Both the position numbers and the translations under genes were made by a program. The notes beneath the pieces are model-generated. The model saw nothing but the letters and a program-made list of their open reading frames with translations. It was not told the origin of the DNA and ran no database searches. Below are positions 40,565-51,547 of a DNA stretch of 64,000 nt, in pieces. The DNA lies in contig CAWCFT010000004.1 in NCBI GenBank assembly GCA_963794945.1, positions 32,001 through 96,000 of the forward strand, given 5' to 3'. Numbering within the stretch: position 1 is the stretch's first letter; every line of letters begins with the position of its first letter. The DNA is from Endomicrobiales bacterium. Its GTDB lineage: Bacteria > Elusimicrobiota > Endomicrobiia > Endomicrobiales > CAWCFT01.

Positions 40565-42382
40565 TCATGTCTTATCGAATTCAAAGTCTCGTACTGAAAA
40601 CAGTTTCGCGCAAACATCCACGATCTCCGCATCATACAACTGGCCCTTTTTCTGTTTGATCTCTTCCAGCGCCTTGTCTATACCGACCGCCGACCTGTAC
40701 GGCCGGTGGAATGCGATAGCCTCGACTACATCCGCTATGCTTAATATCTTCGCTTCTGTCATTATATCTTCGCTTGTAAGCCCGAACGGGTAACCCGAAC
40801 CGTCCAGCCTTTCGTGGTGTTGGAGCACGATCCTTGCTATCGGCCATGGGAATTCCACCATTTTCAATATATCGTAGCTGACTTTAGGATGCGTCTTTAT
40901 CATGGCGAATTCTATTTCGGTAAGTTTCCCCGGTTTTGAAAGGATCTCAGCGGGCACGTATATCTTGCCTATGTCATGTATTACCGAAGCCATGTGTATC
41001 CCGTCCACTTGCTCTTTCTTAAGGCCCATTTCCTTTGCCATGGCACAGGCAAGCTGCGCTACCCTTCTCTGGTGGCCGGCTGTGTAGGGGTCTTTCATCT
41101 CGACTATCTTTGCCATGGCTAGTATCGTACTTTCCATGCTGAGCTGAAGTTTTTCGAGGCTGAGCTTGACATCCTGCTCGGCTTTTTTACGTTCAGTCAT
41201 ATCCACCATAGTCGTGCGCACGCCAATTATATTGCCTTCATGGTCGTGTTCAAGCGAGTCGTCAATTGAAACGAATATCTTTGTGCCGTCTTTGCAGACA
41301 TAGATGCGGTCCTCTGATTTCGAAACCACCTCATCTTCTATCTTCCTCTTAAATCTTTCTTTCGCTTCGTCGCGCTGCTCCGGCAGAATGAACTCGAAAA
41401 CTTCCCTGCCCACCATATCCGAAACGCCGTACCCCAGCATCCTGGCTTCGGTCCGGTTGACGCTGGTAATAAGCCCCTGTATATCGACCGTATGGTACGC
41501 TACGGGCGCGTTCTCCCACAGCTCCTTGAACCGTTTTTCACTTGCAGTCAGAACCCTTTTGGTCTTTTTCTTTTCGCTTATATCCCTTGTTATTACTATA
41601 AAAGCTTTCGGTTTGCCATGCGCGTCAAACAGGTACGCACAGCTTTGTGTGGCCTCGAAACACGTTCCATTCTTTTTTTGCAGCATATATTCGAAATTTT
41701 TGGGCCGGATATCGTTGTCAGCTTGGATTTTTTTTAGATTGTTTATAGCTTCATCCCTGGATTGAGGAGCTATCAGCCCCCACACCGGTTTATTAATGAT
41801 CTCAGAGTCATCGGAATAGCCGTGAAGTTCCAGAGCCCGCTTTGATGCTGCAAGCAGGCTGCCATCGAGACTGCATATGGTGACAGCATCTATGGAAGCA
41901 TCAATTAGCGTTTTATACACCTGCTCGGCTTCAATTAGTGACTGATGGATCTTTTTTTTCTCTGTGAAATCCCTGGACATGCCGATAACATAATTTATCT
42001 TTCCGCCCTTGTCCTTATACGGTATAAGTTTGGTGTCGAGCCAAATTTGCTTATCCGGGAAACCCGCCCAGTTCTCGCGCGTGAAAGGTTTGCCTGAATT
42101 GAACACCCCTTTTATCTCTTCGATGTAAACAGCCGCGAGCTCTTTACCGAAAAGTTCGTTAATATGCCTGCCTGTGATGTGCGCGGGTTCAGAATTGAAT
42201 TGTTTCGCGGCGTGAGAGTTTACGAACGCCACCCTGAAGTTCCTGTCTATGACGTAGATCGAATCGTGGGCTAGCTCAGTTATAGCCTGATAGAAATCTA
42301 TTGTGTTCCCACTGTTCCAATCGCTTATCGCGGCAAGGTTCTTTTTAATGTTCCGGATACCCGCCATTATTTTCTTTTGCAT
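40565..42382 (-). CDS. PAS x3 plus HD-GYP cyclic-dinucleotide phosphodiesterase
   Basis: KDPYTAGHQ, HDIGK, HHERLDGSGYP, HRPYR. Confidence 0.92.
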   Translation of the reverse strand: MQKKIMAGIRNIKKNLAAISDWNSGNTIDFYQAITELAHDSIYVIDRNFRVAFVNSHAAKQFNSEPAHITGRHINELFGKELAAVYIEEIKGVFNSGKPFTRENWAGFPDKQIWLDTKLIPYKDKGGKINYVIGMSRDFTEKKKIHQSLIEAEQVYKTLIDASIDAVTICSLDGSLLAASKRALELHGYSDDSEIINKPVWGLIAPQSRDEAINNLKKIQADNDIRPKNFEYMLQKKNGTCFEATQSCAYLFDAHGKPKAFIVITRDISEKKKTKRVLTASEKRFKELWENAPVAYHTVDIQGLITSVNRTEARMLGYGVSDMVGREVFEFILPEQRDEAKERFKRKIEDEVVSKSEDRIYVCKDGTKIFVSIDDSLEHDHEGNIIGVRTTMVDMTERKKAEQDVKLSLEKLQLSMESTILAMAKIVEMKDPYTAGHQRRVAQLACAMAKEMGLKKEQVDGIHMASVIHDIGKIYVPAEILSKPGKLTEIEFAMIKTHPKVSYDILKMVEFPWPIARIVLQHHERLDGSGYPFGLTSEDIMTEAKILSIADVVEAIAFHRPYRSAVGIDKALEEIKQKKGQLYDAEIVDVCAKLFSVRDFEFDKT

Positions 42383-42593
42383 TTTCCCTGCCTTGACTAT
42401 AACAGCTTATTTAGATAGAATTTTGCAAGATGTTTTGATCGTTGCTGCTTGCAGCTTGTCTATTGCCGGGGTGGCCCGCCTTTTCGGCGGGTGAACTCCA
42501 TGATCCCGCTTCGCGGGATGTTCCTTGGTTCTTTAATTTAGGTTTTGTCTTTGCTTACAACTTATAGCTTAAAGCTTATTACTTTTTTTTATT

Positions 42594-42679
42594 GCCGAGG
42601 TGGCGGAACTGGCAGACGCGCGAGACTCAAAATCTCGAGTCACTTTGGTGGCGTGAGGGTTCAATTCCCTCCCTCGGCA
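42594..42679 (+). tRNA. tRNA-Leu(CAA)
   Basis: GCCGAGG/CCTCGGC acceptor stem, CGAGA-CTCAAAA-TCTCG anticodon arm, long variable arm, GGTTCAATT T-loop; CCA not encoded. Confidence 0.95.
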
Positions 42680-42753
42680 TAATTACAACATATCAAAAAT
42701 CAATAATCAAATATAAAAAATACATTCCAGAATCTAAAATCACTTTCAATATT

Positions 42754-43497
42754 TTATCTGTCATTTTGACTTTTGATTTTTGATATTTGATCTTCTTTTA
42801 GCCCAAGCATTTCGGCGATAGGCACTATTTTATAGCCTCTTTTTTGTATTTCTTCAATGATTTTTGGCAGGGCATCCACCGTAGGCTGGCGGAATTTTCC
42901 GCCATCGTGCATTAAGAATATCGCGCCCGAACCTATGTTCTTTGTATAAGCCTGAACAAGCTGATCAGCACTCATTTTTTTCCAGTCACAACCGAATGTC
43001 CAATTAATAAGATAATATCCTTTTTCCTTTGCCACCTCTTTTACCCATGCCCTTACATATCCATAAGGCATTCTCAACATGTACGGCCTGGTGCCCGTCA
43101 CGCCTTGTATCAACTTTTCAGACTTGTCGATCTCTTTTTCCAGCTGCTGCCTGTAATCGTCTTTCTTGTAAAAGTAGAAATTAGGGTGGCTGTAGCTGTG
43201 ACTGCCGATCTCGTGGCCGTCATCTAACACCATTTTCGCTATCTTAGAGCGAATTTCCACCTGGTCTCCTTCCATAAAGAACGTCGCCTTCACATTGTAT
43301 TTCTTAAGCACAGCCAGCACCTGGGCCGTGTAGTTGCCGGGGCCGTCGTCGAAAGTAAGCGCCATTTCTTTTTTATTGCGCGGCCCGTTGGCAAAGAACG
43401 CGCCCGGTTCGGCAGCCAAAACAAATACAGCGGCGCCTGCCATAGTGAAACAGATGACTAAAAACAGCTTGAACACCCAGGATGAACGTTTTTTCAT
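42754..43497 (-). CDS. Polysaccharide deacetylase (NodB/CE4)
   Basis: ALTFDDGP, HSYSH, RMPYG, IFLMHDG. Confidence 0.92.
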   Translation of the reverse strand: MKKRSSWVFKLFLVICFTMAGAAVFVLAAEPGAFFANGPRNKKEMALTFDDGPGNYTAQVLAVLKKYNVKATFFMEGDQVEIRSKIAKMVLDDGHEIGSHSYSHPNFYFYKKDDYRQQLEKEIDKSEKLIQGVTGTRPYMLRMPYGYVRAWVKEVAKEKGYYLINWTFGCDWKKMSADQLVQAYTKNIGSGAIFLMHDGGKFRQPTVDALPKIIEEIQKRGYKIVPIAEMLGLKEDQISKIKSQNDR

Positions 43498-45131
43498 ATC
43501 TCTAACCTCTTTAATGACATCACTCCCAGCCTGAACGGTAATATCACGGCTGCCGAATTTACAGCCAGCATGAATATTCCCATCCAAATAAAACTCGTCC
43601 ATGGTAGGGCGGAATGCCCGAATTTGATCTGATAATAATTCTGAAGCGGTAAAGCCCAGAGCGACAGATTCACACCTACATAGAAAACTGCTGCGAGGAT
43701 GTAAAACAGCCCCCCCTGCGAGGATTCGATCTGGGCAATGCTTGTTATATTGAATTTAGGGAATATCGCGCCAAACCCGGCCGCCATGAAATTAAGCCCC
43801 GCCGCCATGACCAGCACAGCTAACACAGAAGCCCAGAATACCGGAGGGTCGGTCTTTAATACTAGGCCCGAAACCACTGAAAGAACAAGGGACAAGGCTA
43901 TGACCGGTATGCTCCCGAAAAACGTTTTTTCCCTCAGGAGCTGTTCAGAAGTGAAGGGCGACGATTTTATAAGCCACAAGTTATCGCCTTCGATGCTTAT
44001 GGCCGGGAAAACGAACCGCAATGCCACGGCGCTGACAACAAAACCTATCAATCCCACATTGAAAAATGCGACTAGGTTCTGCAGGTACAAAGTCTCGAGC
44101 GGTATCTTGTACACGCTGAAAAGATACACCGCGCTTAGCGCGACCAGGAACAACAGCTGCGACCATTGGTTCGCGTCCCTTAAAAAACTCTTCATATCTT
44201 TTATCATCAAGGCTGCTGCCGGGCTCTTGAAACTGAAGTTTCGCGCGGTAGAACCCGCTATACGCCTGCCTCCGCGGTTTTGCGCCCAGCCTGACAGGAA
44301 TATCTTTTCCGCAAGAAAGCTTGTCGCAGCAAAAAGGATGATGGTGCCGCCCAGAAGCAGCGCGGTATAGAAAACAAAGTTCTTTTGGTCGTGCCCCAGA
44401 AGTGAGAACACCGCGCCCGAGAGCCACCAAGAAGGCAGATAGACCGCTGAAGGCGCGTCTAGGAATGACAGGTATTGGGCAACAGCATCCATACCTTCCG
44501 GCCTAACCAGCTTTTCAGGTTGAAGGAACCGGAACAACATGAATAGCCCCATTATGAACAGTGCGCCCACAACGAACATCGTGTCCCTTACCCTTCTTGC
44601 CGGGAACGCACGAACCAGCACCATACTGGCTATTATGCCGCACAGGCTTGCCGTCAAAAGGAACGGCACCAGCAAAGCCAGAACCCCGCCCAAAAAAACT
44701 ATTCCTGCGCCCTTCACAACCGTGAGCGCGACCAGAAAAGGCAGCATCAGCGCCAAGACCATCCATGAAGCGTAGAACGCGGTGTTGAGGGCCTTGTGCG
44801 CGAATATCTTAGGCACGGCCAGCGGCATGGCAAGCAGCCAGGGCAGGTCTTTGCTGAAATATATAGTGGTAAACGAGGTTATAACACTTGAGAATATCAC
44901 CATCACGAAAGATGTCATGAATATCATTATAAGGAGCTTGTTAACTATAAGGTTGCCTATCATGGGTACCTCGTTGAGATAAGCCAGCAGCCTGTAGCTC
45001 CCGATATATATACCCGCTAAGAATATAAAATTCAAGAAAAGGAACAACGCTATCTTCACTTCTCCCAGGAACGTCAGGGCGCGTAGCCGGTTGCGTATCA
45101 TCTTGAAATTTAAAAGCAACAGATTTATCAT
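43494..45131 (-). CDS. ABC-2-type exporter permease
   Basis: Many TM helices; KDMKSFLRD, FVFPAISIEG; adjacent to an ABC ATPase. Confidence 0.75.
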   Translation of the reverse strand: MINLLLLNFKMIRNRLRALTFLGEVKIALFLFLNFIFLAGIYIGSYRLLAYLNEVPMIGNLIVNKLLIMIFMTSFVMVIFSSVITSFTTIYFSKDLPWLLAMPLAVPKIFAHKALNTAFYASWMVLALMLPFLVALTVVKGAGIVFLGGVLALLVPFLLTASLCGIIASMVLVRAFPARRVRDTMFVVGALFIMGLFMLFRFLQPEKLVRPEGMDAVAQYLSFLDAPSAVYLPSWWLSGAVFSLLGHDQKNFVFYTALLLGGTIILFAATSFLAEKIFLSGWAQNRGGRRIAGSTARNFSFKSPAAALMIKDMKSFLRDANQWSQLLFLVALSAVYLFSVYKIPLETLYLQNLVAFFNVGLIGFVVSAVALRFVFPAISIEGDNLWLIKSSPFTSEQLLREKTFFGSIPVIALSLVLSVVSGLVLKTDPPVFWASVLAVLVMAAGLNFMAAGFGAIFPKFNITSIAQIESSQGGLFYILAAVFYVGVNLSLWALPLQNYYQIKFGHSALPWTSFIWMGIFMLAVNSAAVILPFRLGVMSLKRLEI

Positions 45132-45150
45132 TGTATTTATCTTGCAAAAT

Positions 45151-45922
45151 TTACAGGTATTTTAACAGCTCAGCGTACTGGGTGCCGCCGGTTATCTCCA
45201 GGAAGACATCTTCAAGGTTGCCGCCGTTCTTTTCCTTCTGCTTAAGTTCGCTGACACTTTCGAGCGCAATGATCTTGCCGCGATGGATAATACCAGCGCG
45301 GGAGGCTAGTTTCTCGGCTATTTCAAGCACATGTGTACACATGAATATCGCTACACCCCTGCTGGATAGTTCACAGAATATCTCTTTAACGAGCCTCGCG
45401 CTTTTCGGGTCGAGCCCCACAAGCGGCTCATCTAAGAACAAGGCCGTCGGGCTGTGCAGGAGAACGCTCGCGAGCACGAGCTTCTGCCTCATGCCGTGAG
45501 AATATGATTCTGTTGTCTCATCGGCCCACTTGGAAAGCTCGAACATCTCAAGCAGCTCCGGTATTTTATCTCTCTGGTAGGCCGGGTCAACCGAGTAAAT
45601 ATCCCCCACAAAACGCATGAATTCCAAGCCCGTAAGGTAAGGATATACAAAAGGCTGGTCCGAAACGTAACCCATAGACTGCTTGGCCTTGAGCGGTTCC
45701 TTAAGTATATCGAAGCCATTGATATACGCGGTTCCGGAAGTAGGGATGCAGCAGCCCGGACATAAGCTTTACGGTCGTGGTCTTGCCGGCGCCGTTAGGC
45801 CCGAGAAAAGCGAATATCTCCCCGGGGGCTATCTCGAAGTTAAGGCCGTCAACGGCCGTAAAATCACCGAATTTTTTGGTGAGCCCTTCTGATCTTATTG
45901 CGTAAGGTTTTATGATATCCAT
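45151..45922 (-). CDS. ABC transporter ATP-binding protein; frameshift ~45745
   Basis: GPNGAGKTT, YSHGMRQK, LDEPLVGLDP. Confidence 0.88.
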
Positions 45923-45981
45923 TTGATGTCCGCCTCTAGGCGGGTTAGCCCGGGGGTTAGTAAACCCGTGATATAGGTAGG

Positions 45982-46563
45982 CTAAAAAAAGCGCGATATC
46001 TGGGTCAGCGCGAAAGCGGAAATGATGGGCATCCAGAAATTATCGTTAAGCGCCCACGGGAACAGTTCAATTATGGCCGCGGCAAGGGCGCCAGAAAGCG
46101 CGATCGGCAACTTAAAAAAGTACAGGCCTATCATAAAACATACAAGGAAACAGGCTAGGCTGCCCTCCAGAGTTTTATCCCAGAATATCTTTCTCTTACC
46201 CATCCTCTTGCCCACCAGCGCGGCCGAAGCGTCGCCAAGGGCAAGATATAAAAGGCTTGATATTACAATGCTTTTGTCCGGGAAGAGCAGCATTGTAAAG
46301 AACGAGCCTGAAAGCGTCCATGGAAGGCCGCTTATGCCGTTAGTCTCACTGTCCCTGTGAACTCCTCCGAGGAACTTAAGAAGCCATTTGTTGAAAGAAG
46401 GCAACCTTAGCCTTATGCTCTCCATAACGATAACGCAGAATATCAATATTCCCATCCCCCACAGGATGTCGGTTCTGGGAAAAAACGCGTATGCGAAGAT
46501 ATAAATAAGCGTTAATAAATGAAATGATTTTCTTTTCACCTCTTCTAATGGGAATATGACCAT
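45982..46563 (-). CDS. Phytol/dolichol kinase-like (CTP transferase 1) membrane protein
   Basis: RKSFH, GDASAALVG, KTLEGS, NDNF. Confidence 0.8.
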   Translation of the reverse strand: MVIFPLEEVKRKSFHLLTLIYIFAYAFFPRTDILWGMGILIFCVIVMESIRLRLPSFNKWLLKFLGGVHRDSETNGISGLPWTLSGSFFTMLLFPDKSIVISSLLYLALGDASAALVGKRMGKRKIFWDKTLEGSLACFLVCFMIGLYFFKLPIALSGALAAAIIELFPWALNDNFWMPIISAFALTQISRFF

Positions 46564-47342
46564 AGTTTTTTGACCGCGTCGCAAAAATAATTTATTATTA
46601 CGCCTGTTTTGTTATAGCTTTCAATAAAATAGTACTTGAGCCCCACATTATCAGGAAAAAGAGCTTTAAAAAGCAACACTATAACTATGCAATTTATTAG
46701 AACTATTATTACACCCGAAAAAAACACACCGAACTGCTTGAGGTCGCTCTGCCCCTGCGATAAGGCAAAATAAGTGAGCCCGAAATGAAATGAGAGCGAA
46801 AACCCTGCCAGGAACAGGAATACTGAATGGTAATTCTCAAAAGCCCAGAATTTGCCGCCCGCCCAGTATACGATTATCAAAAACACAGTGTATATAGGGA
46901 TAAAATACGGCGCGAGCGTAATAAAAATGTTCGTTTTTGTGAGCACCACGCTGCCGCCGGAAGACGCGACCTTGAATTTTTTCAGGCGTGCGCCGCTCAA
47001 GATCCCAGCCACCGCGTGCGTTAGCTCGTGTCCAAAAATATATGTGCGCACCGGCCTGAAAAATATCAGCTGGAAAAGAAAATAACACCCTGCGCCTACC
47101 CAGAACGGAACGGCTTTCTGGGACACGTTCGTGCCAAGGTGTACTAATATTCCGAACAAGCTTATCGAGAGCCCGGCCACCACCAGGACCAGTAAAGAGC
47201 TGCTAATACCCTTATATATTTCATCTCCGCCGCATTTGCCAGTTATATCGGATTTTTCAGTTAACTTTAGTTTACCAACTTTTACTAGCAAAGTCAATAT
47301 TGGAATTTTCCATTTAAATTTGTATAATAATCCATAGAGCAA
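46545..47342 (-). CDS. Membrane zinc metalloprotease-like protein (M50B type); start uncertain
   Basis: GHELTHA, TLAPYF, QSDL. Confidence 0.7.
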   Translation of the reverse strand: MLYGLLYKFKWKIPILTLLVKVGKLKLTEKSDITGKCGGDEIYKGISSSLLVLVVAGLSISLFGILVHLGTNVSQKAVPFWVGAGCYFLFQLIFFRPVRTYIFGHELTHAVAGILSGARLKKFKVASSGGSVVLTKTNIFITLAPYFIPIYTVFLIIVYWAGGKFWAFENYHSVFLFLAGFSLSFHFGLTYFALSQGQSDLKQFGVFFSGVIIVLINCIVIVLLFKALFPDNVGLKYYFIESYNKTGVIINYFCDAVKKLWSYSH

Positions 47343-47365
47343 TACTAATCAAGGAGGTTACATCA

Positions 47366-47998
47366 ATGAAAAAGAAGATTTTCATTAGCGCTCTGAGCAT
47401 GGTAGTGTTGTGCCTGCAGGTATTCGCTGCGGGAGAAAATAACGCATGGAAGGAGAAACCAGGAATGTACGCTATTTTTGAGACAAACATGGGTAAGATC
47501 GTCTGTGAACTGTTCGAGAACGACGCGCCTAAAACAGTTGCTAATTTTGTAGGCCTCGCGGAAGGCACAAAAGAGTTCACGAACACAAAGACAGGAAAAA
47601 AGGAAAAGAAACATTTTTATGACGGCACGATATTCCACAGGGTCATACCTGATTTCATGATCCAGGGCGGCGACCCGCAGGGTACGGGAATGGGCGGACC
47701 GGGATACACGTTCGGCGATGAGATAGTCCCTACGCTTAAGTTCGACAAGCCGGGGAAACTCGCTATGGCTAACGCCGGGCCCGGAACTAACGGCTCGCAG
47801 TTCTTCATTACCCAGGTTCCCACACCCTGGCTTAATGGACACCACACCATATTCGGGCAGGTAGTGGAAGGCATGGACATAGTAACAAAAATAGCAACCG
47901 CACAAAGGGGCATGAATGACAAGCCGGTAAAAGATATCGTGCTCAACAAACTCGTGATTGAACGCGTTGGAAAAACAGGCGGAACACCGTCAAAATAG
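47366..47998 (+). CDS. Cyclophilin-type peptidyl-prolyl isomerase
   Basis: FHRVIPDFMIQGGDP, MANAGPGTNGSQFFIT; signal peptide. Confidence 0.95.
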   Translation: MKKKIFISALSMVVLCLQVFAAGENNAWKEKPGMYAIFETNMGKIVCELFENDAPKTVANFVGLAEGTKEFTNTKTGKKEKKHFYDGTIFHRVIPDFMIQGGDPQGTGMGGPGYTFGDEIVPTLKFDKPGKLAMANAGPGTNGSQFFITQVPTPWLNGHHTIFGQVVEGMDIVTKIATAQRGMNDKPVKDIVLNKLVIERVGKTGGTPSK

Positions 47999-48039
47999 AC
48001 TGAAGATACAAACAATAAGGCTGTCCTGACAATTTTGTA

Positions 48040-48080
48040 AAAGAGGAAGACAGATACGTTTATCTGTCTTCCTCTTTCTG
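48040..48080 (+). terminator. Intrinsic terminator
   Basis: AAGAGGAAGACAGATA-CGTT-TATCTGTCTTCCTCTT perfect hairpin after the cyclophilin gene. Confidence 0.8.
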
Positions 48081-48218
48081 TTCATACTTACAGAATGACT
48101 ATTCGTATCCACCCGGTATTTCGACAGTTTAGCGTTGTTAAACAACGATTCGGAAACTTTTTAAATTCACAATCAAAAATTAATGAAAAAGTACTTAAAT
48201 TAATCTAAAAATGAACCA

Positions 48219-48247
48219 TTGACAATAACACTAATATTTATTATATT
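48219..48247 (+). promoter_or_regulatory. Sigma70 promoter for the signalling operon
   Basis: TTGACA-17 bp-TATATT. Confidence 0.55.
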
Positions 48248-48392
48248 TGTAATGATTATTGCAGTCTGTCTTGTTTGAAATTAATCTAGCACTTCACTAG
48301 ATGCTTACCATTGGGGGACGGTGTTCACGAAAAAAGCCATGGGGCGTTTATCTCTTTCTCTATTCAATATTAGGATAACTGCTTTAAAAACT

Positions 48393-49289
48393 ATGAATCA
48401 TAAAAGATTGCTGGTTATTTTTTGCTTCCTGATATTTGCCAAAGCTGATCTTTCCGCACAGGAGAAGATCATCATTTGCGTTAAAAATTCGACCCTTCCT
48501 CCTTTCGAAGAGGCGCTTCAAGGATTTAAGCAAAGCCTGGCCCAAAAGAACATCGAATTTAAGCTGATTGAATATGACCTAAGTAACCCGCCGCCTCCAG
48601 AACTAAACAAGGCTGACCTGATTTTTTCCATGGGAACCAACCCGACACAAACCATATCCGAGAAGATAAAAGACATACCAATTGTGTTCACTCTGGTAAC
48701 TAACCCTCAATTTTCGTCACGAAACATGACAGGCGTTATGATGGAAACACCATATAAAGAGTTGCTCAATATTCTTTCCAGGATCAGCCCTAAACCAAAA
48801 AGACTTGGCATAATCTACGACCCGAAAAAAACAAATAAACTTGTTGAGTCATACATGGAGGAATCCCGGGAGAAGGATTGTGAGCTCCACACAATTCAAG
48901 TCGCAAAGGTTGACGAAGTTTACAACGCCATAAGGTCTTTGCGCCCATCAATAGACTGTCTGCTCATCATACCAAACTCCACGGTCTATAACGTTAATTC
49001 CACGGAGGACATCCTGCTTTTTTCATTAAGAGAAGGTTTGCCGGTGGTGGGGATATCTCCAAACTATGTCAAAGCCGGCGCACTGTTCTCGCTATCGAGC
49101 AACTATACGAACCTTGGAGAAAAAGCAGGCGAACTTGCATCAAGGCTGCTCCACGGTGAAAAAGCTTCGGACATTCCTTATGCTTCTCCGGATAAATTTG
49201 ACTTGTCGATCAATCTCATAGTTGCCGCCAGGATAAACGTAACATTCCCGACTGATCTCATAAAAGAGGCGAAAAATGTTTACAAATAA
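48393..49289 (+). CDS. Periplasmic binding protein (ABC_sub_bind-like) linked to a sensor kinase
   Basis: Signal peptide; IPIVF, LGIIYDP, VKAGAL, LSINL; overlaps the kinase start. Confidence 0.8.
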   Translation: MNHKRLLVIFCFLIFAKADLSAQEKIIICVKNSTLPPFEEALQGFKQSLAQKNIEFKLIEYDLSNPPPPELNKADLIFSMGTNPTQTISEKIKDIPIVFTLVTNPQFSSRNMTGVMMETPYKELLNILSRISPKPKRLGIIYDPKKTNKLVESYMEESREKDCELHTIQVAKVDEVYNAIRSLRPSIDCLLIIPNSTVYNVNSTEDILLFSLREGLPVVGISPNYVKAGALFSLSSNYTNLGEKAGELASRLLHGEKASDIPYASPDKFDLSINLIVAARINVTFPTDLIKEAKNVYK

Positions 49290-51463
49290 CCTTGCACCAA
49301 AATTCCTGCTGCCGATCTCGCTACTAATGATGTTCATGTCTTTCGCTCTAAGCTTTTATTTCATAAGGCATGAAACGTCCACGATTATATCCGAGCGCAT
49401 CAATTATTCCGACTCGCTTGCAAGGAACCTTGCCTATAACTCTGAATACGGGACTCTTACCAAGAACAGTGATCTGCTCAACAACCTGGTAAACGGCCTG
49501 ATGAAAGAAAAAGATGTTATCGCCATAACGATAACAAACGAAAAAAGGAAACATCCTTGTCAAAGAAGGCCAGAAAGCGGACCCATACAACGAAAGTTCC
49601 GCTCCTATATTAACGAAGAAAATGGAATCCGGCAAAAAAAGCGGCTCGCTTGATATCGGTGACGAATTCCTTTTCCCGGATAAGCACAAGGAAGAAGGCA
49701 AAGAGGAGACGATCGGACACGTTCTAGTGTACACCTCCCTCCTTGATATGCAGCATAAATTAAGCGATGTTAAAAGAAAGATCATTGATATCACTTTGAT
49801 AGTCATTATACTATCGATCGCCATAACTTTCTTTCTAGTAACAAGGATCACCGCGCCGCTCAAAGAGCTTGTGCTTGCAACAAAGATCATTTCAGATGGA
49901 GACCTTGCCCACAAGGTGACAGTGAATACCAAAGATGAAATAGGGAAACTCTCTATTTCATTCAACAAGATGACAGACGAACTTTCACGAACAGTAGTTT
50001 CGAAAGATTACGTAGACAACATCATCAGCTCAATGATAGACACCTTGATCGTCACAAACCCGGATGCCACGATAAGGAATGTCAACAATGCAACCATGAA
50101 CTTATTGGGTTACAGTGAAAGCGAGCTAATAGGTAAACCAGTCGGCATGTTATTTGCTGAAGACCCTAACACTAGGGTGCCAGGACGAAAACAATGGATA
50201 GACAACTTGATCGAAAATGGCATAATACAGAACACAGAGGCGACTTATATCGCAAAGGACGGCACAAGGATACCCGTGATCCTCTCGGGCTCGGTAATGA
50301 AGAGCGAGAACAATAACATGCAGGGGTTCGTGTATGTTGCCCTTGATATCACGGAGCGCAAGAGGGCGGAAGAGATGATGAGACAAAGCGAAGAGCGTTA
50401 CCGCAACCTTGTCGAAACCGCGCCGGACGTGATCTATAGTTTATCCCTTAAAGACTGGTCAATAATCTCGCTTAATCCGGCTTTCGAGAACGCTACCGGC
50501 TGGAAAAGATCGGAATGGATAAATAAGAAGTTCGACGACATCATTCATCCTGACGATGTCGCGCTGGCTCGCGAGACTACTAATCTGATAGCCCTGGGCA
50601 AAACCCCTCCTACCTATGAGCTTAGGATTAAATCAAAAAACGGGGATTACATTGTGGGAGAGTTCACAAGCGCCCCGCAGTTCGAGAACAACATCGTTGT
50701 TGCGGCATTCGGCATAGTAAGAGATATTACGGAGAGGAAAAAAGCCGAAACAGAAAAAGAGAACCTTACCAAACAGCTTCTTCAGTTTGAAAAAATGGCG
50801 GCGGTGGGACAGCTGGCCGGCGGCGTTGCTCATGAAATAAACAATCCTCTTGGTGTAATTCTCGGTTTTGCCCAAAGCCTGCTGCGCCGTGTAAAAGAGG
50901 ATGATCCGCTTCTTATGCCGCTTCAATCGATAGAACGCGAGGCGAAAAGGTGCAAAAACCTGGTGCAGGACCTGCTGACATTCTCGAGGGTTGGCAAGAC
51001 AGAAAAAGAAAAATGCGATATAAATGAAGTTGTCAAAACCTCGCTAACATTGGTAGAGGCACAGACCAAGGTAAAATCCGTTGAGCTTATAAGGGAGTAT
51101 GGCACAAACATTAAAGAAGCTATGGTGTCACGCAACCAGATACAGCAGGTAATAGTGAACCTTTGCAACAATGCGATCGACGCCATGCCATCCGATGGCA
51201 AGCTTACGGTACGCACTCTTATGTCAAAAATTGATGGTGCCGAATACGTTGAGATTCAGATTAAAGACACAGGCACCGGGATACCAAAAGAGATACAAAC
51301 AAAGATATTCGAACCATTCTTTACTACAAAAGAAGTCGGCAAGGGGACCGGGCTCGGGTTATCGCTTGTATACGAGATAATGCAGAAACATCAAGGCAAG
51401 ATCGAACTCGAAAGTGAAATAGGCAAAGGAAGTACTTTTAGGGTGTTACTTCCACTGGCATAA
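49276..51463 (+). CDS. Membrane sensor histidine kinase HAMP-PAS-PAS-HisKA-HATPase; frameshift ~49545
   Basis: KDEIGKL, GVAHEINNP, FFTTK, GTGLGL. Confidence 0.88.
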
Positions 51464-51547
51464 CAAAGGCCAGAGTTTGCGGACAGAAGATTATGAAACC
51501 AATGGCATAGACTGCGGCAATTTATCCGCAGTCAAAAAGAGGTTGAA

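Noticed and set aside
42594..42679. tRNA-anchored genomic island or prophage
   Set aside because: No integrase and no duplicated tRNA 3' end seen; the fibre gene has a signal peptide and no phage neighbours
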